The position numbers were made by a program, and so were the translations under genes. Below the pieces are notes generated by a model that searched no databases, was not told the origin of the DNA, and saw only the letters and a list, made by a program, of their open reading frames with translations. 64,000 bases of DNA from an uncultured Candidatus Saccharibacteria bacterium. Its GTDB lineage: Bacteria > Patescibacteriota > JAUYIX01 > CAYMIK01. Shown piece after piece: positions 34,712-43,898 of the stretch. The stretch spans positions 6,543-70,542 of the forward strand of contig CAYMIK010000003.1 of NCBI GenBank assembly GCA_964390745.1, in the 5' to 3' direction. Every line of letters starts with the position of its first letter. Positions within the stretch are counted from its first letter, which is position 1.

Positions 34712-35523
34712 TGAAAAAAGTCTTACGAAAAAACATTAGCATCTTCTTCATAGTCCTCTCGTTGCTCTCCGCATCGTGGGGGATACTGAGCGCACCGCAG
34801 CCTGCAGAGGCTCAGTGGGCCGTTGAAGATATTTTAAAGCTGCCAACCGATATCCTTGAACAAAACATTTTTCCAACTATCACTGACATCGTAAAGGGTT
34901 TCACGATTAGCTTTGCCTACCAAGACCTGTTGAAGTGGATTTCTGGTGAAGGTGGCGGCAAGCCAGCATTTATTACGAACTTTGACCAGTGGCTATATGA
35001 CAAGGCAGACATTGCCGCGAGCCAATTTTTGGATCAAACGCTTGGTGATGCCTACAACGTTCTTTGTACTGGAATCAACGTAAATCTTGCGTTGTACTGG
35101 AAGCCACAATTCGAAGAGACAAAATTCGATGTTCCGAAATGCACACTCTCGGAGATACAACAGAGATTCGAAAACCCCGGGACGCAATGGGTAGACTTCC
35201 AGGCAACGCTGACCGGTACCAATAGCGACGCGGGATATCTTTTTGCCACGCTTGATTTAGCGAACCAGAAGCAAGCCGAAGAGACGTTTAAAAATTTCAC
35301 CGAAGCAATAGCCGGACAGGGATATGTGAGTGAAGATGAAGATGGCAACATCAAGACTCCAGGTTCGAGCATTGCTGATCTTGTAAATGCAGGAACACAG
35401 TCGCTGTACGATGTGGGAACGAATAGTACTGGTTGGTTCAACTTTGTAGGACCCCTTATCGAAGCAGCAATCCAAGGCGCCCTGAAGAAAGGCTTCAATC
35501 AGTTTAACCAGTTGAACCTGTAA
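34711..35523 (+). CDS. Secreted hypothetical protein (signal peptide), possible T4SS periplasmic component.
   Basis: Signal peptide MKKVLRKNISIFFIVLSLLSASWGILSAPQPAEA. Start overlaps the upstream stop. Confidence 0.55.
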   Translation: MKKVLRKNISIFFIVLSLLSASWGILSAPQPAEAQWAVEDILKLPTDILEQNIFPTITDIVKGFTISFAYQDLLKWISGEGGGKPAFITNFDQWLYDKADIAASQFLDQTLGDAYNVLCTGINVNLALYWKPQFEETKFDVPKCTLSEIQQRFENPGTQWVDFQATLTGTNSDAGYLFATLDLANQKQAEETFKNFTEAIAGQGYVSEDEDGNIKTPGSSIADLVNAGTQSLYDVGTNSTGWFNFVGPLIEAAIQGALKKGFNQFNQLNL

Positions 35524-35527
35524 GTTT

Positions 35528-36502
35528 ATGGTCGATGGCATAAAGCCGCGATTGAATACGGATAAGCCAGGGGCAGTCGCACCTTCGCAACAAAAAAGTT
35601 CAAATTCGAATACTCCACAGCAAGGAGCAGGCGATATTGATGAGCTGAAAGCTGCTCGTGCTGCTTCGGCACGTCCGGTTAAAAAACCTTCGCTTCTAAA
35701 GAGAGCGGCCAATGCTGCGCTTGGGAGAAAACCGAAAGATCCGGAAGCGCAGAAAAAGAAGCAAGCGAGCGCCGCCAAGATTGCTGTTGCGAATGCAACG
35801 AAGACTCCCCATGATCCAGACCAAAGCGCATCCCAGATTTCCTCTCTCCAAGATCCCGGAAAGGATGCGAGTGTTGAGGGAAAGCAATCTCTATCTACTC
35901 CGCGTCCAAAGAATGAACCACTGCCCGCGAGAATCGGGGGGAATCAAGATGGCCTACAGAATGGCAGAATTGGGCAATCAGAGCAAATGCCCACCAATTT
36001 GCCTTCTCGAGGAGCCCCGGGCGGAGCAGTGCAAGGAAATCGGGCTATGTCGCAACCAGCGGTTGCGGGTGGCCAGATGGCCGCTGGAACTTCTGGTCAA
36101 GGAACCTCGTCGCAAGGATCACCAAATCTGAGCGATACGAAAAAAGTTGAGTTGGCTAACAATCTTTCGATTGCACGAAATGATGATGCCAAGAAAAAAT
36201 CTGAAGGTGGCGATGTCGTCTCTGAAGGAGCCGATCAAGTCACTGGTGGGGGAACCATGCGTGCCGTGGGAAAACAGGTTGGCGGTACGGTAGGCGCTGA
36301 AATTCAAAAGGCATACGATGGGCCCGTTCGTTCGCTTGTGACCACTACGGCTCTTGGTTGCTGTGTCTCTACATGCGGTTCGGGTTGCGTGGCTATTTTT
36401 CTCCTCATGGTGCTTGCAGCAATTTTGTACGGATCAATCGACTCTTTTCCTGGCGGGCAGTATATCCTACAGGCCGCCCTCTGGTTCCATAATTTATTCT
36501 AG
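35528..36502 (+). CDS. Low-complexity, largely disordered (Gly/Gln/Ala/Lys-rich) protein with a C-terminal Cys-rich hydrophobic segment.
   Basis: ORF composition. C-terminal ALGCCVSTCGSGCVAIFLLMVLAAILYG. Confidence 0.45.
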   Translation: MVDGIKPRLNTDKPGAVAPSQQKSSNSNTPQQGAGDIDELKAARAASARPVKKPSLLKRAANAALGRKPKDPEAQKKKQASAAKIAVANATKTPHDPDQSASQISSLQDPGKDASVEGKQSLSTPRPKNEPLPARIGGNQDGLQNGRIGQSEQMPTNLPSRGAPGGAVQGNRAMSQPAVAGGQMAAGTSGQGTSSQGSPNLSDTKKVELANNLSIARNDDAKKKSEGGDVVSEGADQVTGGGTMRAVGKQVGGTVGAEIQKAYDGPVRSLVTTTALGCCVSTCGSGCVAIFLLMVLAAILYGSIDSFPGGQYILQAALWFHNLF

Positions 36503-36503
36503 A

Positions 36504-38705
36504 ATGAAAAGCAAAAAACACTTCTTTTTAAAACATAAGTTCAAGATCCTCGCATTACTCGGGGTTGTTGTGTTTGGTGTTGCGGCTGTTGTTGCAAGCC
36601 CGCACATAGTGCATGCATCAGGAGTTCTTGATGACTTCAAACTTATTATATTCAACTTCTTTACCCTTCTTGCTCAGGGTGAAGCCGCTTTGATGGACAT
36701 GTTGTCCAAGGGATTTATTACTTTTACAACCTACCAAGGCTACTTCAGTGAAGACTTTGTTCGAACGGGTTGGGGAGTTATCCGTGACTTTGTAAACCTA
36801 TCATTTATTCTTGTGCTCATGATCATTGCACTTATGTCGATCTTGAGTATAGAAGAAAGTGCTGTTCGAAAGCTTTTACCCCGATTTATTTTTGCGGTAC
36901 TACTCGTAAACTTTAGCTTCTTTGTCACCAAGGTCATTATTAACGCAGCGGACGGCATAACTATTGGATTTGCTCCTGCTATCAACTCGTTAGGCGATGT
37001 ACTTTCTCAGTATATGAAAGCCTGGACAGCGTATCAGATAAAAAGCTCAGAGAATGGTTCACCCGACACCGCCGTGCTCATTTCTGCACTGGTGATGGTG
37101 GTGCTTCTCGGGTTTGTGGTTGTCGCCATGTTCAGCATTACCGTTGCAATGCTGGCCAGAATCGTGGCTCTCTGTATCTTACTCATTCTTTCTCCTGTTG
37201 CTTTTTTGGCACTTATCCTTCCTTCAACGAGCGGGCTAGCTTCCAAGTGGATGCACAGCGTTTTTTCTTACGCATTTTGGGGGCCCGCGGCAACGTTCTT
37301 TGTGTGGTTATCGGTGATAACCTTCACCTCAGATGAGAGCCAACTCACCAAGGCCCTTGTGGCAACACAAGGGAGCTCCATTCCTGAGGTTGGCACTTCG
37401 AGCGGTCAGCTCCTTAAATTTATTGTGGTTGCAATCTTCCTCTATGTTGCCATTATCGCCGGAAAGCTTTTGGGTAACACGGGAGCAGACTTAGGAATGC
37501 AGGCCGTGAAGGCTGCTGGTGGCCTTGCTGCCAAAACGGCAAAGGGTATTGGTTATGGTCTTACCACCGCAACGGGTACTGCCGGTTTAGGGAAAGAAAT
37601 AGGTAAGCGTTGGGAAGAATTCCGTGGCCGCACAACGAAGGCACGAGCTGATGAACTCTCAAGCGCCATGCGTGAACCGACCATCCGAGCCAAGCTTAAA
37701 GGTGCCAAGGCATTTTTACCAAGCAAAGAACGCAATGAAAAGATTAAAAAGAAGGCGCGGCTTGCTCGTGAACGAGAGAAGCAGAAAGACTATGCTGAGC
37801 TCACTGGTCCTGAGCAGGAAGCAGCAATGACACGACAATCTGGCGACATGGGAAGCCTTGACTCGATGGAAAGTGCAGCTGCGATGCTTCGCCAACACGC
37901 CAAGCAAGGCACGCTTTCACGTTTGAAAGATAGTAAGGGCAATCAACTCATTCGACCGGGCGAAAACATGGCTGCGGATATTCAGAAACTTGGTTTTGCT
38001 GGTGCAGATGCGGATGAGATTGCTGCACAGCTTTCAAACATTAGCCGTACGACGGATACGGGCGACCTGCGTTATGTTGGTGGTGCGAGACTTGATATCG
38101 GTGGAGGACAGGGAAATACCGACTTTGCACGAAACGATGCCGTCCAGTCTGGTGAGGCTATTTCGCAGGAAGTTGAAAAGAGAACTCGAAAGGGTCCAGG
38201 CGAGGCAAAGAAACTCAAAGAAGATGTACTTCACCCAGATCAAGAGGGTATTCACGTTATTGCTGGTATCGAACCAATGACGGGATTAGACGGAAAGCCG
38301 ATGTCGTTACGCTCTTCTATGAACGGAAAAGCACTGAACGAAGTTCGACGTCATGGTACGCTTTCCGATCAGGATAGCGCTGTTTCTCAGATCAACAAAG
38401 CCATTGAAGCAGCAAAGGCTGCCAACCCTGGTATGAGCCCGAAGGATCAAAAGTTTGATGTGGAAATTACAGTACGAAATGACGATGGCTCAGTTGAAAA
38501 GCAAAAGATTAGTTCTACGGTTGAGCGAGCTTCCGAATACGTGAAAAAAGCTAATAGCATCAATACCGACTCAGATGCACCCTCGCAGTCTTCATCCGGA
38601 AACCAGCCACCACAGAATAACAATCAGTCGGCCCAGAATGCTCAACCCAACACTGGATTTGGCGCAAACGGAAATCCTTGGTCGTCTAATAATGAGACTC
38701 GCTAA
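36504..38705 (+). CDS. VirB6/TrbL-like polytopic T4SS inner-membrane protein with a long hydrophilic C-terminal extension.
   Basis: At least 6 TM helices with TrbL-like arrangement and a Gln/Asn-rich tail. ATG at 36504 follows the stop of the upstream gene (ORF track start 36354 rejected). Confidence 0.6.
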   Translation: MKSKKHFFLKHKFKILALLGVVVFGVAAVVASPHIVHASGVLDDFKLIIFNFFTLLAQGEAALMDMLSKGFITFTTYQGYFSEDFVRTGWGVIRDFVNLSFILVLMIIALMSILSIEESAVRKLLPRFIFAVLLVNFSFFVTKVIINAADGITIGFAPAINSLGDVLSQYMKAWTAYQIKSSENGSPDTAVLISALVMVVLLGFVVVAMFSITVAMLARIVALCILLILSPVAFLALILPSTSGLASKWMHSVFSYAFWGPAATFFVWLSVITFTSDESQLTKALVATQGSSIPEVGTSSGQLLKFIVVAIFLYVAIIAGKLLGNTGADLGMQAVKAAGGLAAKTAKGIGYGLTTATGTAGLGKEIGKRWEEFRGRTTKARADELSSAMREPTIRAKLKGAKAFLPSKERNEKIKKKARLAREREKQKDYAELTGPEQEAAMTRQSGDMGSLDSMESAAAMLRQHAKQGTLSRLKDSKGNQLIRPGENMAADIQKLGFAGADADEIAAQLSNISRTTDTGDLRYVGGARLDIGGGQGNTDFARNDAVQSGEAISQEVEKRTRKGPGEAKKLKEDVLHPDQEGIHVIAGIEPMTGLDGKPMSLRSSMNGKALNEVRRHGTLSDQDSAVSQINKAIEAAKAANPGMSPKDQKFDVEITVRNDDGSVEKQKISSTVERASEYVKKANSINTDSDAPSQSSSGNQPPQNNNQSAQNAQPNTGFGANGNPWSSNNETR

Positions 38706-38708
38706 ACT

Positions 38709-39869
38709 ATGATCGATGTAGCAAAGCTTCAACCCCAAGACCTTCAAGACGAATCGCGCTTTTCTGAAATTCAGAAAGCGTTGGTTGAGGCTGTTGAAGA
38801 AGGTCGTGCTCGTGATGCACTCGATTTTCGCATTGCCGTGCAGCGATTCTTTGTCATGTTTAAAGATCTTGAAGTCCAGAAGCCAGAACTTTTTAGAAAT
38901 TATCGAAAACTTATTTTGTACATCGAGCTTGAGCTTTTTGAGATCCTTACTGATGATCTCCAAGTGCTTTTGCTTGAAAAGTATTTTACATCGTTTGCAC
39001 AGTTGAAGCTTGATATCAAGCAAAAGGTAGAGACGGCACTGCTTCTTGAAGACCCGCTCCTTGTTGATGACAAGAAGGAAACGCTCATTGCCGCTCTCCT
39101 CAGAAATCAAACGCTGATCGGAAGAGAGAAAATAGAACTTTCAGGAAGACTTGTGAGCCCAACGATTGCCAACTGGGTGGCGAAATATCGTTTGCGATTT
39201 GGCAATAAACCCCAGGACGAACTGGTGCTCATGGATTTTACTTCACGCGATGAGGCGAGATCCTTGAGTGAGGAAGATCGAGAAAAACTCCATACACTTC
39301 TTCAGATAGTTGAGAAGCTGAAATTCGAAGAAGAGCCAGAAGAGGAGACGGAACCCGAGACGCCAACAGAGAAGAAAGAGCGTCCAAGCCTTTCTCCATT
39401 GTATGTTCCTCTCAAGAAGCCAAAGGTTTCTCTTAAGGAAGTGCAAAAAGTAACTTCGCCTATGGGTGGAATTCGTCCGCAGGTTTCACGAGCTCCCCAG
39501 ATGCAGGCACAACAAGCACACAATGTTCAGGCGCCAACGGGAATGGTTCAATTTCGCTCACTTGCTGATTTGAACAAACTCGATGTATCCATGATTGATC
39601 GAATGGAAGTTCCTTTTTCACAATTCGTACCGAAGATAGCGCAAGAGATTCAAAAAGTATACACTCGATCACCAGAATCCAGACGCCACATAGTGGATCT
39701 TTGGCAGCAAAGCCCGCTCTACAAACTCTACCTTGCGATGGGGGATGAATCGCTACAAATGAAGTTACCCATAGCTCAGATTGCTGAACGTCGTGCACGA
39801 AGCGGTCAGCCAACACTTACCAAAGAAATGTTTCATCTTGTAACTGAACTTAACGACACGATCCAATAA
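38709..39869 (+). CDS. Hypothetical acidic protein within the T4SS-like cluster.
   Basis: ORF, translationally coupled to its neighbours. No recognised motif. Confidence 0.5.
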   Translation: MIDVAKLQPQDLQDESRFSEIQKALVEAVEEGRARDALDFRIAVQRFFVMFKDLEVQKPELFRNYRKLILYIELELFEILTDDLQVLLLEKYFTSFAQLKLDIKQKVETALLLEDPLLVDDKKETLIAALLRNQTLIGREKIELSGRLVSPTIANWVAKYRLRFGNKPQDELVLMDFTSRDEARSLSEEDREKLHTLLQIVEKLKFEEEPEEETEPETPTEKKERPSLSPLYVPLKKPKVSLKEVQKVTSPMGGIRPQVSRAPQMQAQQAHNVQAPTGMVQFRSLADLNKLDVSMIDRMEVPFSQFVPKIAQEIQKVYTRSPESRRHIVDLWQQSPLYKLYLAMGDESLQMKLPIAQIAERRARSGQPTLTKEMFHLVTELNDTIQ

Positions 39870-40552
39870 TGCAGTACTCTGTTCCACAATTCGTTGATGT
39901 TGAAGACAAGGTCATTGGACCATTGTCTATCAAACAGTTCCTTTGGATTCTCGGGGGAGCGGGTATCAGTGTCGTTCTTTGGTTAATACTTCCCGTAGTG
40001 CTTGCTGTTCTGCTCGATATCCCGGTGTTGTTGCTCGCTGGAGCCTTTGCCTTTTTCAAAGTGAATGGTGTCACGTTTCCCATGTACGTTGCAAACCTTT
40101 TTGGGTTTGTCATTAAACCTAAAACGCGCGTCTGGAAGCGCGAGGTGGAACTTGATAAAACTATCGTGAAGGCAGTTGATAAGAACGAAAAGCCAAAGCT
40201 TGAAAAGATTAAGCTCAGAGACGTCAACATTAAGCAGCTTGCATATATTTTAGATCACGAACTTGCTGCTCAAGCCCAAACACACACCGTTACAAATCCT
40301 ATCGAAATGACACAAAAACCTCAAGCACAGGTTATAATGAATCAGAACGTTGAAGTGCAGAACCAAAACCTTTTGACCCAGCAGGCCTATCAAGCGCCAC
40401 AAGAACAGCCGGCTTTGGCACAAGCACCCGCACCAGAGCAGACACCCGACCTTCTTCAAAACAGTGAACCTGCCTTAGATCTGCCAGAAGTTGAGCAGCC
40501 CAAAAATTCGCCGATTATAACATCGATTAAACCATTTAGAATGCCCAAATAA
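39869..40552 (+). CDS. Small two-TM membrane protein, VirB3/PrgI-like in position and topology, with a Gln/Pro-rich tail.
   Basis: Two adjacent TM helices near the N-terminus. Located immediately upstream of the VirB4-like genes. Confidence 0.4.
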   Translation: MQYSVPQFVDVEDKVIGPLSIKQFLWILGGAGISVVLWLILPVVLAVLLDIPVLLLAGAFAFFKVNGVTFPMYVANLFGFVIKPKTRVWKREVELDKTIVKAVDKNEKPKLEKIKLRDVNIKQLAYILDHELAAQAQTHTVTNPIEMTQKPQAQVIMNQNVEVQNQNLLTQQAYQAPQEQPALAQAPAPEQTPDLLQNSEPALDLPEVEQPKNSPIITSIKPFRMPK

Positions 40553-40553
40553 C

Positions 40554-41303
40554 ATGGCAAAGAAACAAAAAACTTCACCCATTCGTACCAACGAGCTTCA
40601 CGATCCGATGCTTGCCGGTGGAAAGATTGATCGAAGTACCCAAAAGTATCTTGATATCGCCGAAATTAAAGAAGACACCATTGTTTTAAAAAATGGCGCG
40701 ATTCGAGCAGTACTTCTGATCTCCAACGTTAACTTTGCGCTTCTTTCGGATGAAGAACAGGAAGCAATTATTTTGGGCTTCCAAAACTTTTTGAACTCAC
40801 TCGATTTTCCTATTCAGATTGTGGTGGAATCTCGCATCCTGGAAATTCAGCCATACCTTGATATGTTGCAAACATTTGAGAATAGCCAAGTGAACGAACT
40901 GCTTCGCGAACAAACTCGTGCCTACCGAGAGTTCGTAGGGGATTTGGTTTCTGACGCAAACATCATGGAGAAACGATTCTACATTGTTGTGCCCTTCTCG
41001 CAAGGCGAAAACAAGGAAGAAGGATTCATGTCAAAGATTAAAAAAACATTGAACCCAAGCAGTGTCGTGAAGCAGAAAAAAGAAAAGTTTGAGGTATATC
41101 GAAACCAGTTGCTTCAGCGTGCATCATTGGTTGCCAACGCTATTGGCGCTGTTGGTATGAGCTGTGTACTTTTGCAAACACGAAACTTGATTGAACTCTT
41201 CTACGCCGCATACAATCCAAAAGAGGGGACGCAGCCTTCGCTTGGAGATGTCACCAAATTACAATTAACAGGAGCATCTGAAGATGACGCCCTCGCAGAA
41301 TAA
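40554..41303 (+). CDS. Protein resembling the N-terminal domain of VirB4/TraE-type ATPases (possibly a split VirB4 N-domain).
   Basis: ...GAIRAVLLISNVNFALLSDEEQEAIILGFQNFLNSLDFPIQIVV... resembles the VirB4 N-terminal region. It overlaps the next ORF by 20 nt in a different frame. Confidence 0.4.
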   Translation: MAKKQKTSPIRTNELHDPMLAGGKIDRSTQKYLDIAEIKEDTIVLKNGAIRAVLLISNVNFALLSDEEQEAIILGFQNFLNSLDFPIQIVVESRILEIQPYLDMLQTFENSQVNELLREQTRAYREFVGDLVSDANIMEKRFYIVVPFSQGENKEEGFMSKIKKTLNPSSVVKQKKEKFEVYRNQLLQRASLVANAIGAVGMSCVLLQTRNLIELFYAAYNPKEGTQPSLGDVTKLQLTGASEDDALAE

Positions 41304-43302
41304 CCAACAAACCGATCCTGCTGCAAAACAAGCTGCAGGCGTACTGCACTTCCTCAATAAAAAGGGAGCGCAGCCCGATGAGCAAACGCAAAGTATTCTT
41401 GAGGCAGAACGAATCTTCCAAGAAGGGGTAGCTTCTGTTATTGATATCATTGCTCCATCGGCCTTGAGTGTTAACCCAAACTTTATTCAGGTTGGTGAGC
41501 AGTTTGCTGCAACCTTGTTCGTCTTTGTGTACCCACGCTACCTCCAGAGCGGCTGGTTCACGCCCGTCATTAACATGAGTATTCCGTTCAATATTTCGAT
41601 GTTTATTTACCCCGTTCAGTCAGAAGTAATTTTAAAGAACTTGAAATCAAAGTCATCGCAGGTGGAATCACAGTTGCGAATCAACCAAGAAAAGGGAATG
41701 TCACGTGATCCTGTGCTGGAAACTGCTATGCAAGACATCGAACAGCTGCGTGATTCTTTGCAACAAGGAACCGAAAAGTTTTTCAAGTTTTCCATTTACA
41801 TTACCGTGTTTGGAACTGACGAGAAGAAGATGAAGAAAACCTTGGAAAATGTTGAAGGCCTCATGAACGCCCGCCTTATTTATACCAAGCGAGCTACCCT
41901 TCAGATGGAACAAGGATTCAACTCTACGCTCCCTCTTGGAAACGACGAGCTTTCTATTACGAACAACATGAACACGTCGCCACTTTCTACCGCATTTCCA
42001 TTTGTATCGTCAGAGCTCACACAAAACGATGGAATTTTGTACGGAATCAATCGTCATAACAACAGCCTCATTTTGTTTGATCGATTTACATTAGAAAATG
42101 CCAACTCGGTGATCTTCGCTAAGTCTGGTGCTGGAAAAAGCTATACAACCAAACTTGAAATCTTGCGCTACATGATGAACGGCACTGACGTTATGGTCAT
42201 TGACCCAGAAAATGAATATCAGCACTTGGCAGAAGCTGTTGGTGGTGCATATTTGAAAATCTCTTTGACTTCACAAAGCCGAATCAATCCGTTTGATCTT
42301 CCACGAAACTCTGACGAACCCGTTTCAGACATTATTCGTTCGGCGGTCATTCAGTTGAAGGCCATGATCAGTCTTATGGTAGGGAAGTTGGATGCAACCG
42401 AAGACTCAATGTTGGATAATGCATTGATTGAAACCTACGCTAAAAAAGACATCACGGAAAACACTGCTTCGCTGGAAAATGCTGAGTTCCCAACTATGAG
42501 CGACCTTGCCGATATCTTGAGTAACGTGAGCGGCGGCGAAAGTCTTTCGCAGCGAATTTCGAAGTACACGGTTGGAACTTTTTCCGGTTTGCTCGATAAG
42601 CCGACCAACATTGATCTCACAAAGCAACTTGTGGTCTTTAATATTCGAGACCTGGAAGATGAACTTCGTCCGATTGCCATGTTCCTCACGCTCTCGTTTA
42701 TCTGGAATATCACACGATCTTCGCTCAAAAAGCGACTCCTCTTCATCGATGAGGCGTGGTGGATGATGCAGTACGAAGACTCCGCGCGATTCTTGTTTGG
42801 TCTTGCCAAGCGCGCGCGAAAATACTACCTCGGTGTAACCGTCATTTCTCAAGACGTGGCAGACTTCTTGTCTTCTGACTACGGACGCGCGGTGGTAAAC
42901 AACGCCTCGTTGTACATTTTGCTCAAACAGTCACCAGCTTCGATTGATATCATTACACAAACGTTTAGCTTGACGCGCTACGAACGACAGTTGTTGTTGC
43001 AAAGCTCGGTAGGGCAGGGGATCTTCTTCGCCGGACAACGTCACGTAGCAATTCAGGTTGCAGCAAGCCCACGAGAAGACCAGATTATTACGAGCGATCC
43101 TCGACAGTTGCTGCAAATTCGTGAAGCAAAGAGAGAGTTTGCTGAATCGATGCGGCAACAAGACGCACAAGAAGCAGTAACCGACGAACTCGAAGGACTT
43201 GAAAGCATCCCTGCATCAAATGACGAACCAGAGCAGGCAACACAGGCTGCCACTCCTTCACAAGAATCAGCACCACAAGGAACCAATGAACCACAGGCTT
43301 AA
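41284..43302 (+). CDS. VirB4/TrbE/TraE-family type IV secretion ATPase.
   Basis: Walker A FAKSGAGKSYTTK, Walker B LLFIDEAWWMM, and characteristic C-terminal motifs (GVTVISQ). Confidence 0.85.
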   Translation: MTPSQNNQQTDPAAKQAAGVLHFLNKKGAQPDEQTQSILEAERIFQEGVASVIDIIAPSALSVNPNFIQVGEQFAATLFVFVYPRYLQSGWFTPVINMSIPFNISMFIYPVQSEVILKNLKSKSSQVESQLRINQEKGMSRDPVLETAMQDIEQLRDSLQQGTEKFFKFSIYITVFGTDEKKMKKTLENVEGLMNARLIYTKRATLQMEQGFNSTLPLGNDELSITNNMNTSPLSTAFPFVSSELTQNDGILYGINRHNNSLILFDRFTLENANSVIFAKSGAGKSYTTKLEILRYMMNGTDVMVIDPENEYQHLAEAVGGAYLKISLTSQSRINPFDLPRNSDEPVSDIIRSAVIQLKAMISLMVGKLDATEDSMLDNALIETYAKKDITENTASLENAEFPTMSDLADILSNVSGGESLSQRISKYTVGTFSGLLDKPTNIDLTKQLVVFNIRDLEDELRPIAMFLTLSFIWNITRSSLKKRLLFIDEAWWMMQYEDSARFLFGLAKRARKYYLGVTVISQDVADFLSSDYGRAVVNNASLYILLKQSPASIDIITQTFSLTRYERQLLLQSSVGQGIFFAGQRHVAIQVAASPREDQIITSDPRQLLQIREAKREFAESMRQQDAQEAVTDELEGLESIPASNDEPEQATQAATPSQESAPQGTNEPQA

Positions 43303-43828
43303 AGTATCTATCTTCATAGCATTTGCTCTGACATCACTTTCGCTTATTGGCGCGGGATGTGCTCAACCAGCTTCAAAAGTTGAGGGAGTTTCTACTGGAG
43401 AAAATGTTTCTGAGGATGCGGCGCGTGCAGGAATTACGAATGATCAACTCGATGCTATTATTACTACTGCTGAGCGATTTGCTGAACGATTTGGAACGTT
43501 TACGAACCAAGATAACTTCCAAAATTTCCAGAATCTCAAGATTTATGCAACACCTTCAATGCAGTCGTGGATGGATGGATTTGTTCAGGACGAACAAAAG
43601 AAGTTTAAAGATCAGAATATCGCATTTTACGGTGTGACAACTAAGGCGCTCACTCCTAAAGTTCTTACGTCGCGGCCTGATGACATCCAAGTGCTTATTA
43701 ATACCGAGCGACAAGAGATTACTGATCAGTCCGAGACGCCAAAAATTTCGTACCAAAACATTATTATCGACATGCAGCATGTTGATAATGACTGGAAGGT
43801 AAACTTCGCACAGTTTCAAGGAAGCTAA
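43283..43828 (+). CDS. Lipoprotein (lipobox LIGAGC), possible T4SS periplasmic component.
   Basis: MNHRLKVSIFIAFALTSLSLIGAGC signal plus lipobox. Start overlaps the VirB4 stop. Confidence 0.6.
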   Translation, partial: PMNHRLKVSIFIAFALTSLSLIGAGCAQPASKVEGVSTGENVSEDAARAGITNDQLDAIITTAERFAERFGTFTNQDNFQNFQNLKIYATPSMQSWMDGFVQDEQKKFKDQNIAFYGVTTKALTPKVLTSRPDDIQVLINTERQEITDQSETPKISYQNIIIDMQHVDNDWKVNFAQFQGS

Positions 43829-43898
43829 AGCAAAACTTCGCAAATGAGTGAATGCGCAAGTTTAAGCAGTAGGGCTTAAACTTTGTGGTTTAAAAGAG

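Noticed and set aside
36354-36503. Upstream extension of the VirB6-like ORF
   Set aside because: It overlaps the preceding gene in another frame. ATG at 36504 directly follows that gene's stop and precedes the first TM helix.
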